Assembly: GCA_964501655.1 (NCBI GenBank)
Contig: CAZCTN010000006.1
Location: 29,206 to 93,205 of the forward strand
Length of the DNA stretch: 64,000 bases
From: an uncultured Syntrophomonas sp.
GTDB taxonomy: Bacteria > Bacillota > Syntrophomonadia > Syntrophomonadales > Syntrophomonadaceae
Direction: 5' to 3'
The translations under genes and the position numbers were made by a program. This document shows positions 1 to 10,378 of this stretch, piece by piece; position 1 is the first letter of the stretch; each line of letters starts with the position of its first letter. The notes under the pieces are model-generated. The model searched no databases. It saw nothing but the letters and a program-made list of their open reading frames with translations, and was not told the origin of the DNA.

Positions 1-3000
1 TTTTTAACTCGCCATTCTCGGTAGTACGGGTTTCTCTTACGGCTTTGCGATCCGAGCTTAGATCATTGCTTTGTTTGATAATGGTATCGGCATCTTTTTT
101 ATATTCGATGGATTTGACCAAGTTGTAACTATAATCATAGCTGTATTTTGCTTCGTATTCGCTGTTGGGATAGCCGGACGCCAGGGGGCTGGTATAGGTA
201 AGTACATTCCCTTTGGAATCATATGTGTACTGCTGGCTGACTAGTTTTCCCATATTGCTATTGCTTCCATAGGTTTGAGTGGTTATTTTTTTTGGCAGTT
301 CAGTAGTAGTATACTCATACTGTATGGTTTTTCTGGTTTTGTTATTCTCGCTTACCGTCTCAGTCTTTTTTAAATGGGTTTGATAATCAAATTTATAACT
401 GCTTTTAGTCCCGAGAGCATTGGTTACGGTGGTGCTATAGTCACTGGTAGCATTCAGAAAACTGGCGCTATAGGTGTAGGTATCATTCAGGTAGATTTGT
501 TTGCCGTCTTTTTTATACATGCTTTTGATGCGGTAGTAGGTGGCGATACCGCCGTTAACGCTTTCATATTCGTTGGTGCAAACTAGTCCGGTGGGGTAGG
601 TTACTCTGATAAGGTTCTGGTAGTTCCGGGTTTGACCATCGTAGGTTCCGTTTGCGTTCTGGTAGGCATAGGTGGTCACCCGGCCCATTTGGTCTTCTTT
701 TTTTATTAAGTTCCCGCTGGTATTTAAGTTGAGGGCAATTACAGATTTATCGGGCAGGATGATGTTGTAAAAGTTGGCCGCTAGTTCGCAGTTGCATAAT
801 ATTCGGGTGGTCTGCCCGGCGCTGTCTACTATAGTTACTTCTTTATTATCGCCTATAGTTTTTTTACTGAAGGTTATGCGGTTGTCAAAGCGGTCGGTTA
901 TAGAGCTTATGTTTCCATCAGAGTCGAAGCTTTCTTTGCGCCCGTCGGCATAGGTCAGGGCGGTTACTTTGCTGGAGGATACAGTTACTTGTATATCACT
1001 TAGTTTGTAGCCTCCTAATTTGTAGATTTGATTCTCGTATACCAATGGATAGGTAGAACCATCGGTTAAGCGTATGTATTTTCCGTCTGTTCTATATAGT
1101 ATGCGGGTAAAATTTAATGACCACCCTCTCCCCAGGTATTTCTGAGGCCATTTGGCTTTTTGGTCGTTTCCGCTATAGGTTTCGGCCGAGTTGTAGACCA
1201 GCACCAGGTTAAGATCCAGGCCGTTTTTCCCAGGCATACTGGCCAGGGTTTCTTCGTATAGCAGGGCTCCGCTGTTAAGGTTTACGGTTTCATTTATGCC
1301 TGCCCGGTAGCCAAAGGGAGCACTTGGGTAGGGCTCTACCGCATCTTCATCTGTTGTCAAAGCTTTCAGTTCGTCTTCAAAATATATGTTCAGCTCTTCT
1401 TTTTTCTCTTGGATTAGCTCTTCGATTTCCTGAACCGTTTTTCCTGTGGTTTTCATGTATTTTATAATGGCTTCTTCATTCAAGTTGTAGCTTATAGCCA
1501 GGGCATGAATTAATTGCTGTTCTTGCGAACTATAATCTGCAAGATCATCGCTGCTGCTGTCTTTGGCAATTATACTGCTTATTTCCAAGCCCAAGGCCTG
1601 GGATGCTATGTAGGCATTTACAATGTTTCGAGCGGGGTAGCCTTTTTGAATGAGTTCTATGATAATGGCTTTATCTTTACTCAGGGTTTCAAATCTCAAT
1701 AAGTAGTCAGCAAGCAATTCCGCCTGCTCGGCTGCGGTTTTTTCGCTGGCAAAGACTAATCCCATTGCTTTAGCTTCTTCTAAAGTCAAGTTTAGGCTTT
1801 GCATGATTTTGGCTTTATATATGCTTTGTTTTAAGGTTAAGCCGGCCTCTTCACAAATCAGCAGGGCCGGTTCGGTTAGTTTTAAATGAAAGTAGAGCAG
1901 TTTTTTTTCATCTTCGTTTAGCTCCGAATATTTATTTTTGGTATTTAGCAGTTCTATTACTTCCTGGGGCAGGTAGGCAAAGTCTTCTTCCGGATTATCT
2001 ATTATCTCGTTATCTATGTTTTCCAATAAAGGAGTTATCGCTAATAAGCCATTTGCTATTTTGTTTACCAGGGTGTCTGCCTGGCTGGCGTTTTCTTTTA
2101 GGGCGAGGGCTATTCCTGTCGCGGTTGCATCTGGTTTTAGTCCTTTATATATTGCTGCTGAGGCTGTTGCATAGGCGGCTGCTAATGAGGTTCCGCTTCC
2201 ATAAGTATAGCTATTACCGGGACTGGTGCTGTATATGTTTTCACCGGGGGCTGCTATATGCACGTGGCTGCCGTAGCTGGATGTGGCGGCTAGTTCTCCT
2301 TGCTGGTTCATTGATGCTACCGAAATTATATTAGGCAGCTGATACGCAGCCGGATATATTTTACTGTCATCACCGGTATTCCCGGCAGCGCATATGAAGA
2401 GTATATTAGGGTTTTGCTCAATGGCGTCTTTGAGAGCCTGATTGTATTCGGGGCTTCCCCAGCTGCAGTTGATGATCGATATACCTTTGCTCCTGGCATA
2501 TTCTATAGCAGCTATGGCATCAGAGGTGTATCCGCTTCCGTTTTCTATAAATTTTAAGGGCATTATCCGGGCTTTTGTGGCTAGCCCCGCTATACCTTCG
2601 CCATCATGATTGGCACCTATTATTCCGGCTATTTGGGTTCCGTGAAACGAATCTCCTTCATCGAATACGCTGTCGTCTTCATTGTAAAAATCCCATCCGT
2701 TTACGATTCTGCCGGCTAGTTCGCTATGGCTGACATCGATTCCGGTATCTATTACCCCTACGGTTACAGGTTCCATGGCATCTATGATAGCCCACTTATC
2801 GCCTATGTTTAGGTCATAGGGCTGGTCTTCTGCTTGTTCCCCGGTACCACCTAATGCCCATTGCTGGTCAAGGTCCGGTTCCGAGGAGGGGTCCATGCTT
2901 TCCAACTGGTAATTGAACTGAACATATTCTACTTTCGGGTCTTTTTCCAGTTGTTCTTTGACTTCTGTGATATTTATATTTGAACCTACAGTTATTTCTG

Positions 3001-3355
3001 CTAGTTTTAACGCTTCATGTTCTTGTTTGACGCTTAGTCTGTTATCTAGCTTTTCCGGTTCCTTTACTGAGTGTTTCTCGGCCAGATCGCTATTTGCATT
3101 TTCTATGATTGTTTCTGCTATTTCAAGGTTTTTGTATTTTATTATTAACTGTGGTTTTTCTACCTTTGGTCGGTCACCCTCTTTATCTTGTTGGAGGTTA
3201 TCTTTGCTTTTTTGTTCTATACTATTTCCCTGGTCTACTGTTTCTACGGCGTATGTTTTAACCACATTTACTGGCAATGTGGTTAGAATCATCAATGTCA
3301 TCAATAGAACCGTTATACTTTTCCTCATTGCCCGTTTAATTCCCCGCATGTTCAT
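1..3355 (-). CDS. Secreted subtilisin-like (S8) serine peptidase fused to an RHS/YD-repeat protein; the 3' end runs off the left window edge
   Basis: Absent from the ORF track because it has no stop in the window. My manual minus-strand translation from ATG 3355 (GGAGAAGGAGA immediately upstream) stays open to position 1. Signal peptide MNMRGIKRAMRKSITVLLMTLMILTTLPVNVVKTYA. S8 triad motifs VGVIDTGID, SFHGTQIAG, GSGTSLAAAY. A helical linker follows, then an RHS-type entry LNSGALLYEETLASMPGKNGLDLNLVLVYNS and YD repeats (FDSDGNISSITDRFDNRITF, YTYDSKGNVLTYT). Confidence 0.8.
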   Translation of the reverse strand, partial: MNMRGIKRAMRKSITVLLMTLMILTTLPVNVVKTYAVETVDQGNSIEQKSKDNLQQDKEGDRPKVEKPQLIIKYKNLEIAETIIENANSDLAEKHSVKEPEKLDNRLSVKQEHEALKLAEITVGSNINITEVKEQLEKDPKVEYVQFNYQLESMDPSSEPDLDQQWALGGTGEQAEDQPYDLNIGDKWAIIDAMEPVTVGVIDTGIDVSHSELAGRIVNGWDFYNEDDSVFDEGDSFHGTQIAGIIGANHDGEGIAGLATKARIMPLKFIENGSGYTSDAIAAIEYARSKGISIINCSWGSPEYNQALKDAIEQNPNILFICAAGNTGDDSKIYPAAYQLPNIISVASMNQQGELAATSSYGSHVHIAAPGENIYSTSPGNSYTYGSGTSLAAAYATASAAIYKGLKPDATATGIALALKENASQADTLVNKIANGLLAITPLLENIDNEIIDNPEEDFAYLPQEVIELLNTKNKYSELNEDEKKLLYFHLKLTEPALLICEEAGLTLKQSIYKAKIMQSLNLTLEEAKAMGLVFASEKTAAEQAELLADYLLRFETLSKDKAIIIELIQKGYPARNIVNAYIASQALGLEISSIIAKDSSSDDLADYSSQEQQLIHALAISYNLNEEAIIKYMKTTGKTVQEIEELIQEKKEELNIYFEDELKALTTDEDAVEPYPSAPFGYRAGINETVNLNSGALLYEETLASMPGKNGLDLNLVLVYNSAETYSGNDQKAKWPQKYLGRGWSLNFTRILYRTDGKYIRLTDGSTYPLVYENQIYKLGGYKLSDIQVTVSSSKVTALTYADGRKESFDSDGNISSITDRFDNRITFSKKTIGDNKEVTIVDSAGQTTRILCNCELAANFYNIILPDKSVIALNLNTSGNLIKKEDQMGRVTTYAYQNANGTYDGQTRNYQNLIRVTYPTGLVCTNEYESVNGGIATYYRIKSMYKKDGKQIYLNDTYTYSASFLNATSDYSTTVTNALGTKSSYKFDYQTHLKKTETVSENNKTRKTIQYEYTTTELPKKITTQTYGSNSNMGKLVSQQYTYDSKGNVLTYTSPLASGYPNSEYEAKYSYDYSYNLVKSIEYKKDADTIIKQSNDLSSDRKAVRETRTTENGELK

Positions 3356-4758
3356 TCTCCTTCTCCTATGTTTTTCCGGTTATAATTCTTAGCCATCAAG
3401 TTGGACATTTGTTAAGGGTGTTAGACTTGTCATTCTATTTCAAATTGAATAATAGTAGTGCCGGTTGTTAAGGGTTTAAATTTGATGATGGTTAGAACTC
3501 CGGTCCAGGCTTTATCGGTATAACTGCTCTTATCTACTTTAAATCGTATGACTCCATTCTTATGACTGAGGATTTCTATCCCGGTTCCAGCTATTACTCC
3601 AGGTTGGGTGTCCTCTCCCCATGTCTGCGCTGCCAGGTCTGTTATTTGTATTTCTTCAGGGTTATATTTTAGGACATAGATCTTCCCCAGGTTATGGGGC
3701 ATATCACTAACATTAAGGCTCAGTATCTGGCTGTTATCTTGAACAATGGTCAGATTTTTTTCGGCTGCGCTTGCCCCCAGCAAAAATTCTTCTATAGTAC
3801 AATTGCTAACCTGCGCTTCTCCAGCCAACTGGCCTATTATTTTTCCACTTTCTGTTGTTCCGCTGATATTCTTAACGCCGGTTATGCTGCAGTTTTGTGC
3901 AGCCCCCCCATTCATATAGCCGATTAATGCTCCTACATTAGTGCTTCCGGTGATATCTACTTTATTCAGTTTTAAATCCTGGATTATTGCTTGATTGGTG
4001 TAGCCAAACAATCCTACATTGTCTGTTGTAGGCAGGTTTATCAGCAGGTTATTGATACTGTGACCATTGCCGTTAAAATTCCCTGTAAAGGGTGTTGTTG
4101 ATGTCCCTAGGGGCTGCAGGGATTGGTTTTGCAAATCTATATCCCGCTCCAAACGATAGCAGGCGCTCAGGTTTTGAGCTACAGCTAACAAATCGTTTGT
4201 GGTGTAGATCAGAATAGGATCTTCAAGGGTTCCGGCAGCTGCTGCCGGGACGCTGCTGCTAACAGTTAGTTGCGTGGACCAAGCGCTGGCAAAAGTTCCT
4301 ATTCGGCTTCTTACCCTGAAGTTATATTCTGTTTGAGGCATGAGTTGCTCTATCAGGCAGGTATGGCTATCGCTGGTAAATATCTCATTCTGAAAATCGA
4401 TCTCATAGGTTTCTGCCCCGGCTTGTGGATCCCAGGTCAGTTCTATGCAGGTTGCTGTCACCAATGATGCTGTTAGATTGCTTGGCGCCAATTGGGTATC
4501 GCTTAAGGTTGTAACGGTGATGGGCTCACTCCAGGGGCTTTTCATATTGTAGTTACGGGCTCGTATAATAAACTCATAGGTAGTATCAGGCTGCAATTCA
4601 TTGATTACAATTTCTGCTGTGTCAGAAGCAGCGATTTTGTCATTGTAACTGACTTCATATGCTTCTGCTGTTGCTTGATTATTCCAGGTTAATTTGACTG
4701 ATACCGGGGTAATATATTCTGCTGTTAACTGGATTGGCGCAACTAGATATATGGGTTG

Positions 4759-7191
4759 GCTTATCCCCTCTACATCTCTCAGATAGGGATAAGATCCGCT
4801 TTCTATGCCCCAGGTATTTATGAAGTCCCAGTTTTCATAGGTCGTTTCGGTCTTTAACTGGCTGCTGGTCTTGGCTTGTTCGACCGGGGTGCTTACTCCT
4901 GCTTTATCTAAATCAAAATAGCTGCTCACCATGCTTACCGTACTTGGTGCTATTCCATTTTTACTGCCGTTTCCACTTAGCTGACACAGGCTGTAGCTGT
5001 TAGTGATTTCCCTGCTTCCGCTGGTAGCGCTATATCCGATTATCCCACCTGCATAACTGCTTGCTAGTATTACTCCTGATGCAAAGCTGTTTTCTACTGC
5101 TAAAGCTCCGGTCGAAGAATTATACCCAATCAATCCCCCGGCTTGAGTACAACTGCTAGACCCAATTTCGCAATCGGCATAGCTGCTTTCTATTACGGTA
5201 CTTCCGGCTCCGCCTACACTTCCTACTAAACCGCCGGCATACCTCCCACTGCTTTTACCTACAGTTCCACTGGCGCAGCTGTTGCTTATCCTGCTTTCCT
5301 CGCTGGTGCTGCTGCTTATGGAGCCGATTAACCCCCCAGCATAATTACTACTGCTACTGTTTATGGTTCCCCGGGATTTACTCCCAGTTATCTCTCCTCC
5401 CAGGGTATTACGTCCTATTAAACCGCCTGCATAATTACCGCCATATACTTCCGCTGCCGCACTACTGTCTGCTATGTCTCCGCCTTTGTTAGATCCAACC
5501 AGGCCGCCTGCTGTTGATCCCGACACTATCCCGCTGCTGATATGGCAGTTTTCTACTCTCCCGCCTTCCATTTCTCCTATGAGACTGCCTATACAGCTGC
5601 CTCCCCTAACGTCTATATTCTCTACTCGTAAATTCTTTATTACCGCGTTGTTGCAACTGCCAAATAATCCTACATTGCCTGTCCCATTAACGCTTACGTT
5701 CTTTATCACATGATCTCTGCCATCAAAGCTGCCGCCGAATGGCACCGTCCCGGTTAAGGGCTCTATGGCTGCCATTTCTAAGTCTATATCGTTTATCATG
5801 GCAAAGTGTTTGCCCGGATTATTCTTTACTCCCAGCAATTGTTCTTTGTTCTCGATTATATATGGATCAGCTTCTGTTCCTGCTCCCTCATACTGTTCTT
5901 TGCCTATCTTGACTTGTTCCGGATTGTCCACTTCTCTTAAATATGAATAGGTAGCTCCTTCTTCTATATCCCAGATGTTTTCATAATCAAAGCCGTTTAC
6001 TTTCTTTATCAGCAGTTCCTTTTGGCTGGCATTATAGCAGGATGTTATATTGCTGCTGCTTAAGCTTCCTCCGCTAAGTACTCCTACGTTAAGATTCCCT
6101 TTTACTTCTCCTACGGTGTAGCTGGTCTTGAGGGTGCTGTCAATTCCTACCTGTCCTACTAAACCTCCTACATAGTTGTTTCCAGTTATGTTCCCCAGTG
6201 CAAAGCTGTTCTCTATATTTACTGTTTTGCTACTATGTCCTACTATACCCCCGGTATACTGGCTGGTTAATCCGTTGCTTTCTATATTCCCGGCAGCATA
6301 GCTCTGGGTAATCGTGGTAACTGACCCGCTTGTATCTCCTATTAGGCCCCCTGCTTTTCCTGCATCGCTTACCACCTTGCCGGTGACAAAACTTCTGGTT
6401 ATTGTGCCACTAAAATACCCGGCCAAGCCCCCGACAATATTTTCTCCTTCTACATCTATGCTGCTGCTGCTTCCTTCAATACCGTTACTCCCATATCCTA
6501 CTATTCCCCCTACATTATTCTTGCCTTTGATTAAGCCTGCCGCCGTAACTTGGCTGTTTATTACCGCGCCGCTGCTATTATATCCGACTAAACCTCCTAC
6601 ATACTGGCTGCTGCTGTTTATGTAGGCTTTGCCTTTTACTTCGCACCCTTCTATGCTTCCGCGCTATTCTCCTATCATTCCTCCTACTCTAATAGCTGAA
6701 TTAGAATTGGTCTCTATACTCAAGTCTCCGTTTACCTGGTTGTTCTTTACCGTACTGCTGTTACTGCGTCCTATCATCCCGCCTATGTATGATGTACCGC
6801 TGCTGGTATCGCTTTTTATTACTATGTTTCCTTCTACCGCGCAGTCTTCTACCTGCCCGTTGTTTATGTAGCCTATCAGTCCGCCTGCATTGCTCATTTT
6901 CCCTTCGCTGATATTCACATTCTCTATCGTTATGTTCTTTAATACGGCTCCATCTCCATAAGCAAATAATCCGGCATAGCTCTGGTTCTTTATGCTTAAA
7001 TTCTTTATCTTATGGCCATCCCCGTCCAAACTCCCTTTGAAGGCATTATTGTTTTCGCCTACCGGCTGCCAGTGCTGGTTCTCCAAGTCTATGTCGCTTC
7101 CTAATCTGTAATGGGCAGTTAAATTGTTCCTTATCCCTTGTAACTGCTCGGCGTTCTCTATTATATATGGGGCTTCTATGGTCCCCTGTCC
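4759..7191. repeat. Tandem duplication, copy 1 (2,433 bp)
   Basis: Matches 7207..9639 wherever I compared the printed lines. All ORF-track entries inside it recur at +2448 with identical translations (5474/7922, 5765/8213, 6314/8762, 6629/9077). Confidence 0.9.
6664..6666 (-). other. In-frame amber codon 2 (same position in the second repeat copy, 2,448 nt downstream)
   Basis: 9112 minus 2448 = 6664; identical context. Confidence 0.9.
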
Positions 7192-7206
7192 GGCTGGCGT
7201 CGTACC

Positions 7207-9639
7207 GCTTATCCCCTCTACATCTCTCAGATAGGGATAAGATCCGCTTTCTATGCCCCAGGTATTTATGAAGTCCCAGTTTTCATAGGTCGTTTCGGTC
7301 TTTAACTGGCTGCTGGTCTTGGCTTGTTCGACCGGGGTGCTTACTCCTGCTTTATCTAAATCAAAATAGCTGCTCACCATGCTTACCGTACTTGGTGCTA
7401 TTCCATTTTTACTGCCGTTTCCACTTAGCTGACACAGGCTGTAGCTGTTAGTGATTTCCCTGCTTCCGCTGGTAGCGCTATATCCGATTATCCCACCTGC
7501 ATAACTGCTTGCTAGTATTACTCCTGATGCAAAGCTGTTTTCTACTGCTAAAGCTCCGGTCGAAGAATTATACCCAATCAATCCCCCGGCTTGAGTACAA
7601 CTGCTAGACCCAATTTCGCAATCGGCATAGCTGCTTTCTATTACGGTACTTCCGGCTCCGCCTACACTTCCTACTAAACCGCCGGCATACCTCCCACTGC
7701 TTTTACCTACAGTTCCACTGGCGCAGCTGTTGCTTATCCTGCTTTCCTCGCTGGTGCTGCTGCTTATGGAGCCGATTAACCCCCCAGCATAATTACTACT
7801 GCTACTGTTTATGGTTCCCCGGGATTTACTCCCAGTTATCTCTCCTCCCAGGGTATTACGTCCTATTAAACCGCCTGCATAATTACCGCCATATACTTCC
7901 GCTGCCGCACTACTGTCTGCTATGTCTCCGCCTTTGTTAGATCCAACCAGGCCGCCTGCTGTTGATCCCGACACTATCCCGCTGCTGATATGGCAGTTTT
8001 CTACTCTCCCGCCTTCCATTTCTCCTATGAGACTGCCTATACAGCTGCCTCCCCTAACGTCTATATTCTCTACTCGTAAATTCTTTATTACCGCGTTGTT
8101 GCAACTGCCAAATAATCCTACATTGCCTGTCCCATTAACGCTTACGTTCTTTATCACATGATCTCTGCCATCAAAGCTGCCGCCGAATGGCACCGTCCCG
8201 GTTAAGGGCTCTATGGCTGCCATTTCTAAGTCTATATCGTTTATCATGGCAAAGTGTTTGCCCGGATTATTCTTTACTCCCAGCAATTGTTCTTTGTTCT
8301 CGATTATATATGGATCAGCTTCTGTTCCTGCTCCCTCATACTGTTCTTTGCCTATCTTGACTTGTTCCGGATTGTCCACTTCTCTTAAATATGAATAGGT
8401 AGCTCCTTCTTCTATATCCCAGATGTTTTCATAATCAAAGCCGTTTACTTTCTTTATCAGCAGTTCCTTTTGGCTGGCATTATAGCAGGATGTTATATTG
8501 CTGCTGCTTAAGCTTCCTCCGCTAAGTACTCCTACGTTAAGATTCCCTTTTACTTCTCCTACGGTGTAGCTGGTCTTGAGGGTGCTGTCAATTCCTACCT
8601 GTCCTACTAAACCTCCTACATAGTTGTTTCCAGTTATGTTCCCCAGTGCAAAGCTGTTCTCTATATTTACTGTTTTGCTACTATGTCCTACTATACCCCC
8701 GGTATACTGGCTGGTTAATCCGTTGCTTTCTATATTCCCGGCAGCATAGCTCTGGGTAATCGTGGTAACTGACCCGCTTGTATCTCCTATTAGGCCCCCT
8801 GCTTTTCCTGCATCGCTTACCACCTTGCCGGTGACAAAACTTCTGGTTATTGTGCCACTAAAATACCCGGCCAAGCCCCCGACAATATTTTCTCCTTCTA
8901 CATCTATGCTGCTGCTGCTTCCTTCAATACCGTTACTCCCATATCCTACTATTCCCCCTACATTATTCTTGCCTTTGATTAAGCCTGCCGCCGTAACTTG
9001 GCTGTTTATTACCGCGCCGCTGCTATTATATCCGACTAAACCTCCTACATACTGGCTGCTGCTGTTTATGTAGGCTTTGCCTTTTACTTCGCACCCTTCT
9101 ATGCTTCCGCGCTATTCTCCTATCATTCCTCCTACTCTAATAGCTGAATTAGAATTGGTCTCTATACTCAAGTCTCCGTTTACCTGGTTGTTCTTTACCG
9201 TACTGCTGTTACTGCGTCCTATCATCCCGCCTATGTATGATGTACCGCTGCTGGTATCGCTTTTTATTACTATGTTTCCTTCTACCGCGCAGTCTTCTAC
9301 CTGCCCGTTGTTTATGTAGCCTATCAGTCCGCCTGCATTGCTCATTTTCCCTTCGCTGATATTCACATTCTCTATCGTTATGTTCTTTAATACGGCTCCA
9401 TCTCCATAAGCAAATAATCCGGCATAGCTCTGGTTCTTTATGCTTAAATTCTTTATCTTATGGCCATCCCCGTCCAAACTCCCTTTGAAGGCATTATTGT
9501 TTTCGCCTACCGGCTGCCAGTGCTGGTTCTCCAAGTCTATGTCGCTTCCTAATCTGTAATGGGCAGTTAAATTGTTCCTTATCCCTTGTAACTGCTCGGC
9601 GTTCTCTATTATATATGGGGCTTCTATGGTCCCCTGTCC
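7207..9639. repeat. Tandem duplication, copy 2 (2,433 bp); period 2,448 bp = 816 codons
   Basis: See copy 1. The copies are joined by a unique 15-nt junction 7192..7206 (ggctggcgtcgtacc), which encodes GTTPA on the minus strand. Confidence 0.9.
9112..9114 (-). other. In-frame amber codon 1 (context GGMIGE-TAG-RGSIEGC, followed by C)
   Basis: cta at 9112..9114 on the plus strand; flanking codons read directly. Confidence 0.9.
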
Positions 9640-9732
9640 CATGCCAGGATAGGTCTGAGCATATGCCAAGCTGGCACTGCCGCTTATTATTAGTAACATA
9701 ATATTGATAATGGCCATAACTTTTTTTAGCAT
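9112..9732 (-). CDS. Only segment of the surface-protein gene with a real start: signal peptide plus first beta-helix module (206 aa), ending at the in-frame TAG
   Basis: ATG at 9732 preceded by AAAGGAAGAG; typical Sec signal ending AYA-Q; stop TAG at 9112..9114. Confidence 0.7.
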   Translation of the reverse strand: MLKKVMAIINIMLLIISGSASLAYAQTYPGMGQGTIEAPYIIENAEQLQGIRNNLTAHYRLGSDIDLENQHWQPVGENNNAFKGSLDGDGHKIKNLSIKNQSYAGLFAYGDGAVLKNITIENVNISEGKMSNAGGLIGYINNGQVEDCAVEGNIVIKSDTSSGTSYIGGMIGRSNSSTVKNNQVNGDLSIETNSNSAIRVGGMIGE

Positions 9733-9868
9733 TTCGTTCTCTTCCTTTCACTGCCAGATAAATAATAAATAAGCAATCATGTTGATATGTACCAATTTAT
9801 ATTATACTTGTTCTTTATGTTATATTTTGTTATTATATGGTAGTTTTTGACATAATAAAAATAATTTA

Positions 9869-10215
9869 TCTGGATTGGGTGAGCACTTGACTCCTTGATT
9901 GCCACCGAAATTAGGAATTCACCAGTTCAAGAAAGCCAAACAGCTGGCAGCGTATTACGGTGTTGATCCCTCCGTCAGACATTAAGGCAACTTCACCCGG
10001 AACGCTCAACAAGGTAACCAAGGGAGGGTCACCTTATCCTCGCAGAGCACTATACATAGCTGCCACTGTTGCCATTAGGAAAGCGTCAAATGGAAGTTTG
10101 GTTACCCAGTTCTCTATGATTATTATTAAGAAAAAACGAAGAGTAAGGCCAAGAAACAGGCATTAGGCGCTGCGATGAACAAATTCTTGAAATACCAGAA
10201 GCCCTTTATTCTTAA
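9869..10215 (+). mobile_element. Decayed C-terminal fragment of an IS110-family transposase (Transposase_20-like region), with frameshifts and stops and no N-terminal part
   Basis: Piecing frames together gives ...LIATEIRN..FKKAKQLAAYYGVDPSVRH*GNFTGTLNKVTKGGSPYPRRALYIAATVAIRK...PVLYDYY*EK..KAKKQALGAAMNKFLK. This matches the conserved IS110 C-terminal pattern (AKQLAAYxGLxPs..qSG....isKrGs..LRraLy.aA). Hairpins lie downstream at about 10205..10240 and 10284..10299. Confidence 0.6.
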
Positions 10216-10341
10216 AGAACAAAGGGCTCGATTCAATCAAAAATTAGCGTTTGTAGCTTAAGAACCTCGATTTACTATACGGACTTCGCTAATGCGAAGA
10301 TAGCTGTTTGCAACTATTATTCGTATTCTGGGTAGTACTAA

Positions 10342-10375
10342 AAAAAGCTTGACTTTAGCTAGCTGGTCCTTGGTT
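10342..10375. repeat. Inverted copy (31/34 identical) of 23843..23876
   Basis: The reverse complement aaccaaggaccagctagctaaagtcaagcttttt compares with aaccagagaccagctaactaaagtcaagcttttt. Confidence 0.8.
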
Positions 10376-10378
10376 CGA

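Larger units (their letters stand above)
3430..9732 (-). pseudogene. Giant cell-surface beta-helix (GLUG-type GG[LIM][IV]G repeats) / 2x fibronectin-III / cohesin-like protein gene. One frame of 2,100 codons interrupted by two in-frame TAG codons, so either a pseudogene or read-through dependent.
   Basis: Track ORFs 9112..9732, 6664..8874 and 3430..6426 share one frame and are separated only by TAG codons. The 79 codons after each TAG are open and keep the repeat motif. There is an N-terminal signal peptide (MLKKVMAIINIMLLIISGSASLAYA). Cap modules of the type GTxxxPYxIxNxEQLxxxxNN...DIDL recur. Two FN3 units (VKLTWNNQATAEAYEVSY..., IELTWDPQAGAETYEIDF...) are present. The C-terminal beta-sandwich (YVLKYNPEEIQITDL...IIKFKPLTTGTTIIQFEI) resembles a cohesin. 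Confidence 0.75.

Noticed and set aside
6664-8874. Treating 6664..8874 and 3430..6426 as independent genes with their own starts
   Set aside because: Their first codon is a TTG inside a GGLAGY repeat, with no RBS. In addition, 79 open, motif-bearing codons precede each one, back to the TAG.
3430-9732. Genome-wide reassignment of TAG (for example obligatory pyrrolysine decoding) as the explanation for the in-frame ambers
   Set aside because: TAG terminates several well-supported genes in the same window at the expected protein ends: nuoA at 19883, tatA at 29184, resB at 30313, dctQ at 26467 and the peptidase at 23086. Local suppression cannot be excluded, but reassignment is not supported. 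No pyl genes are visible here.
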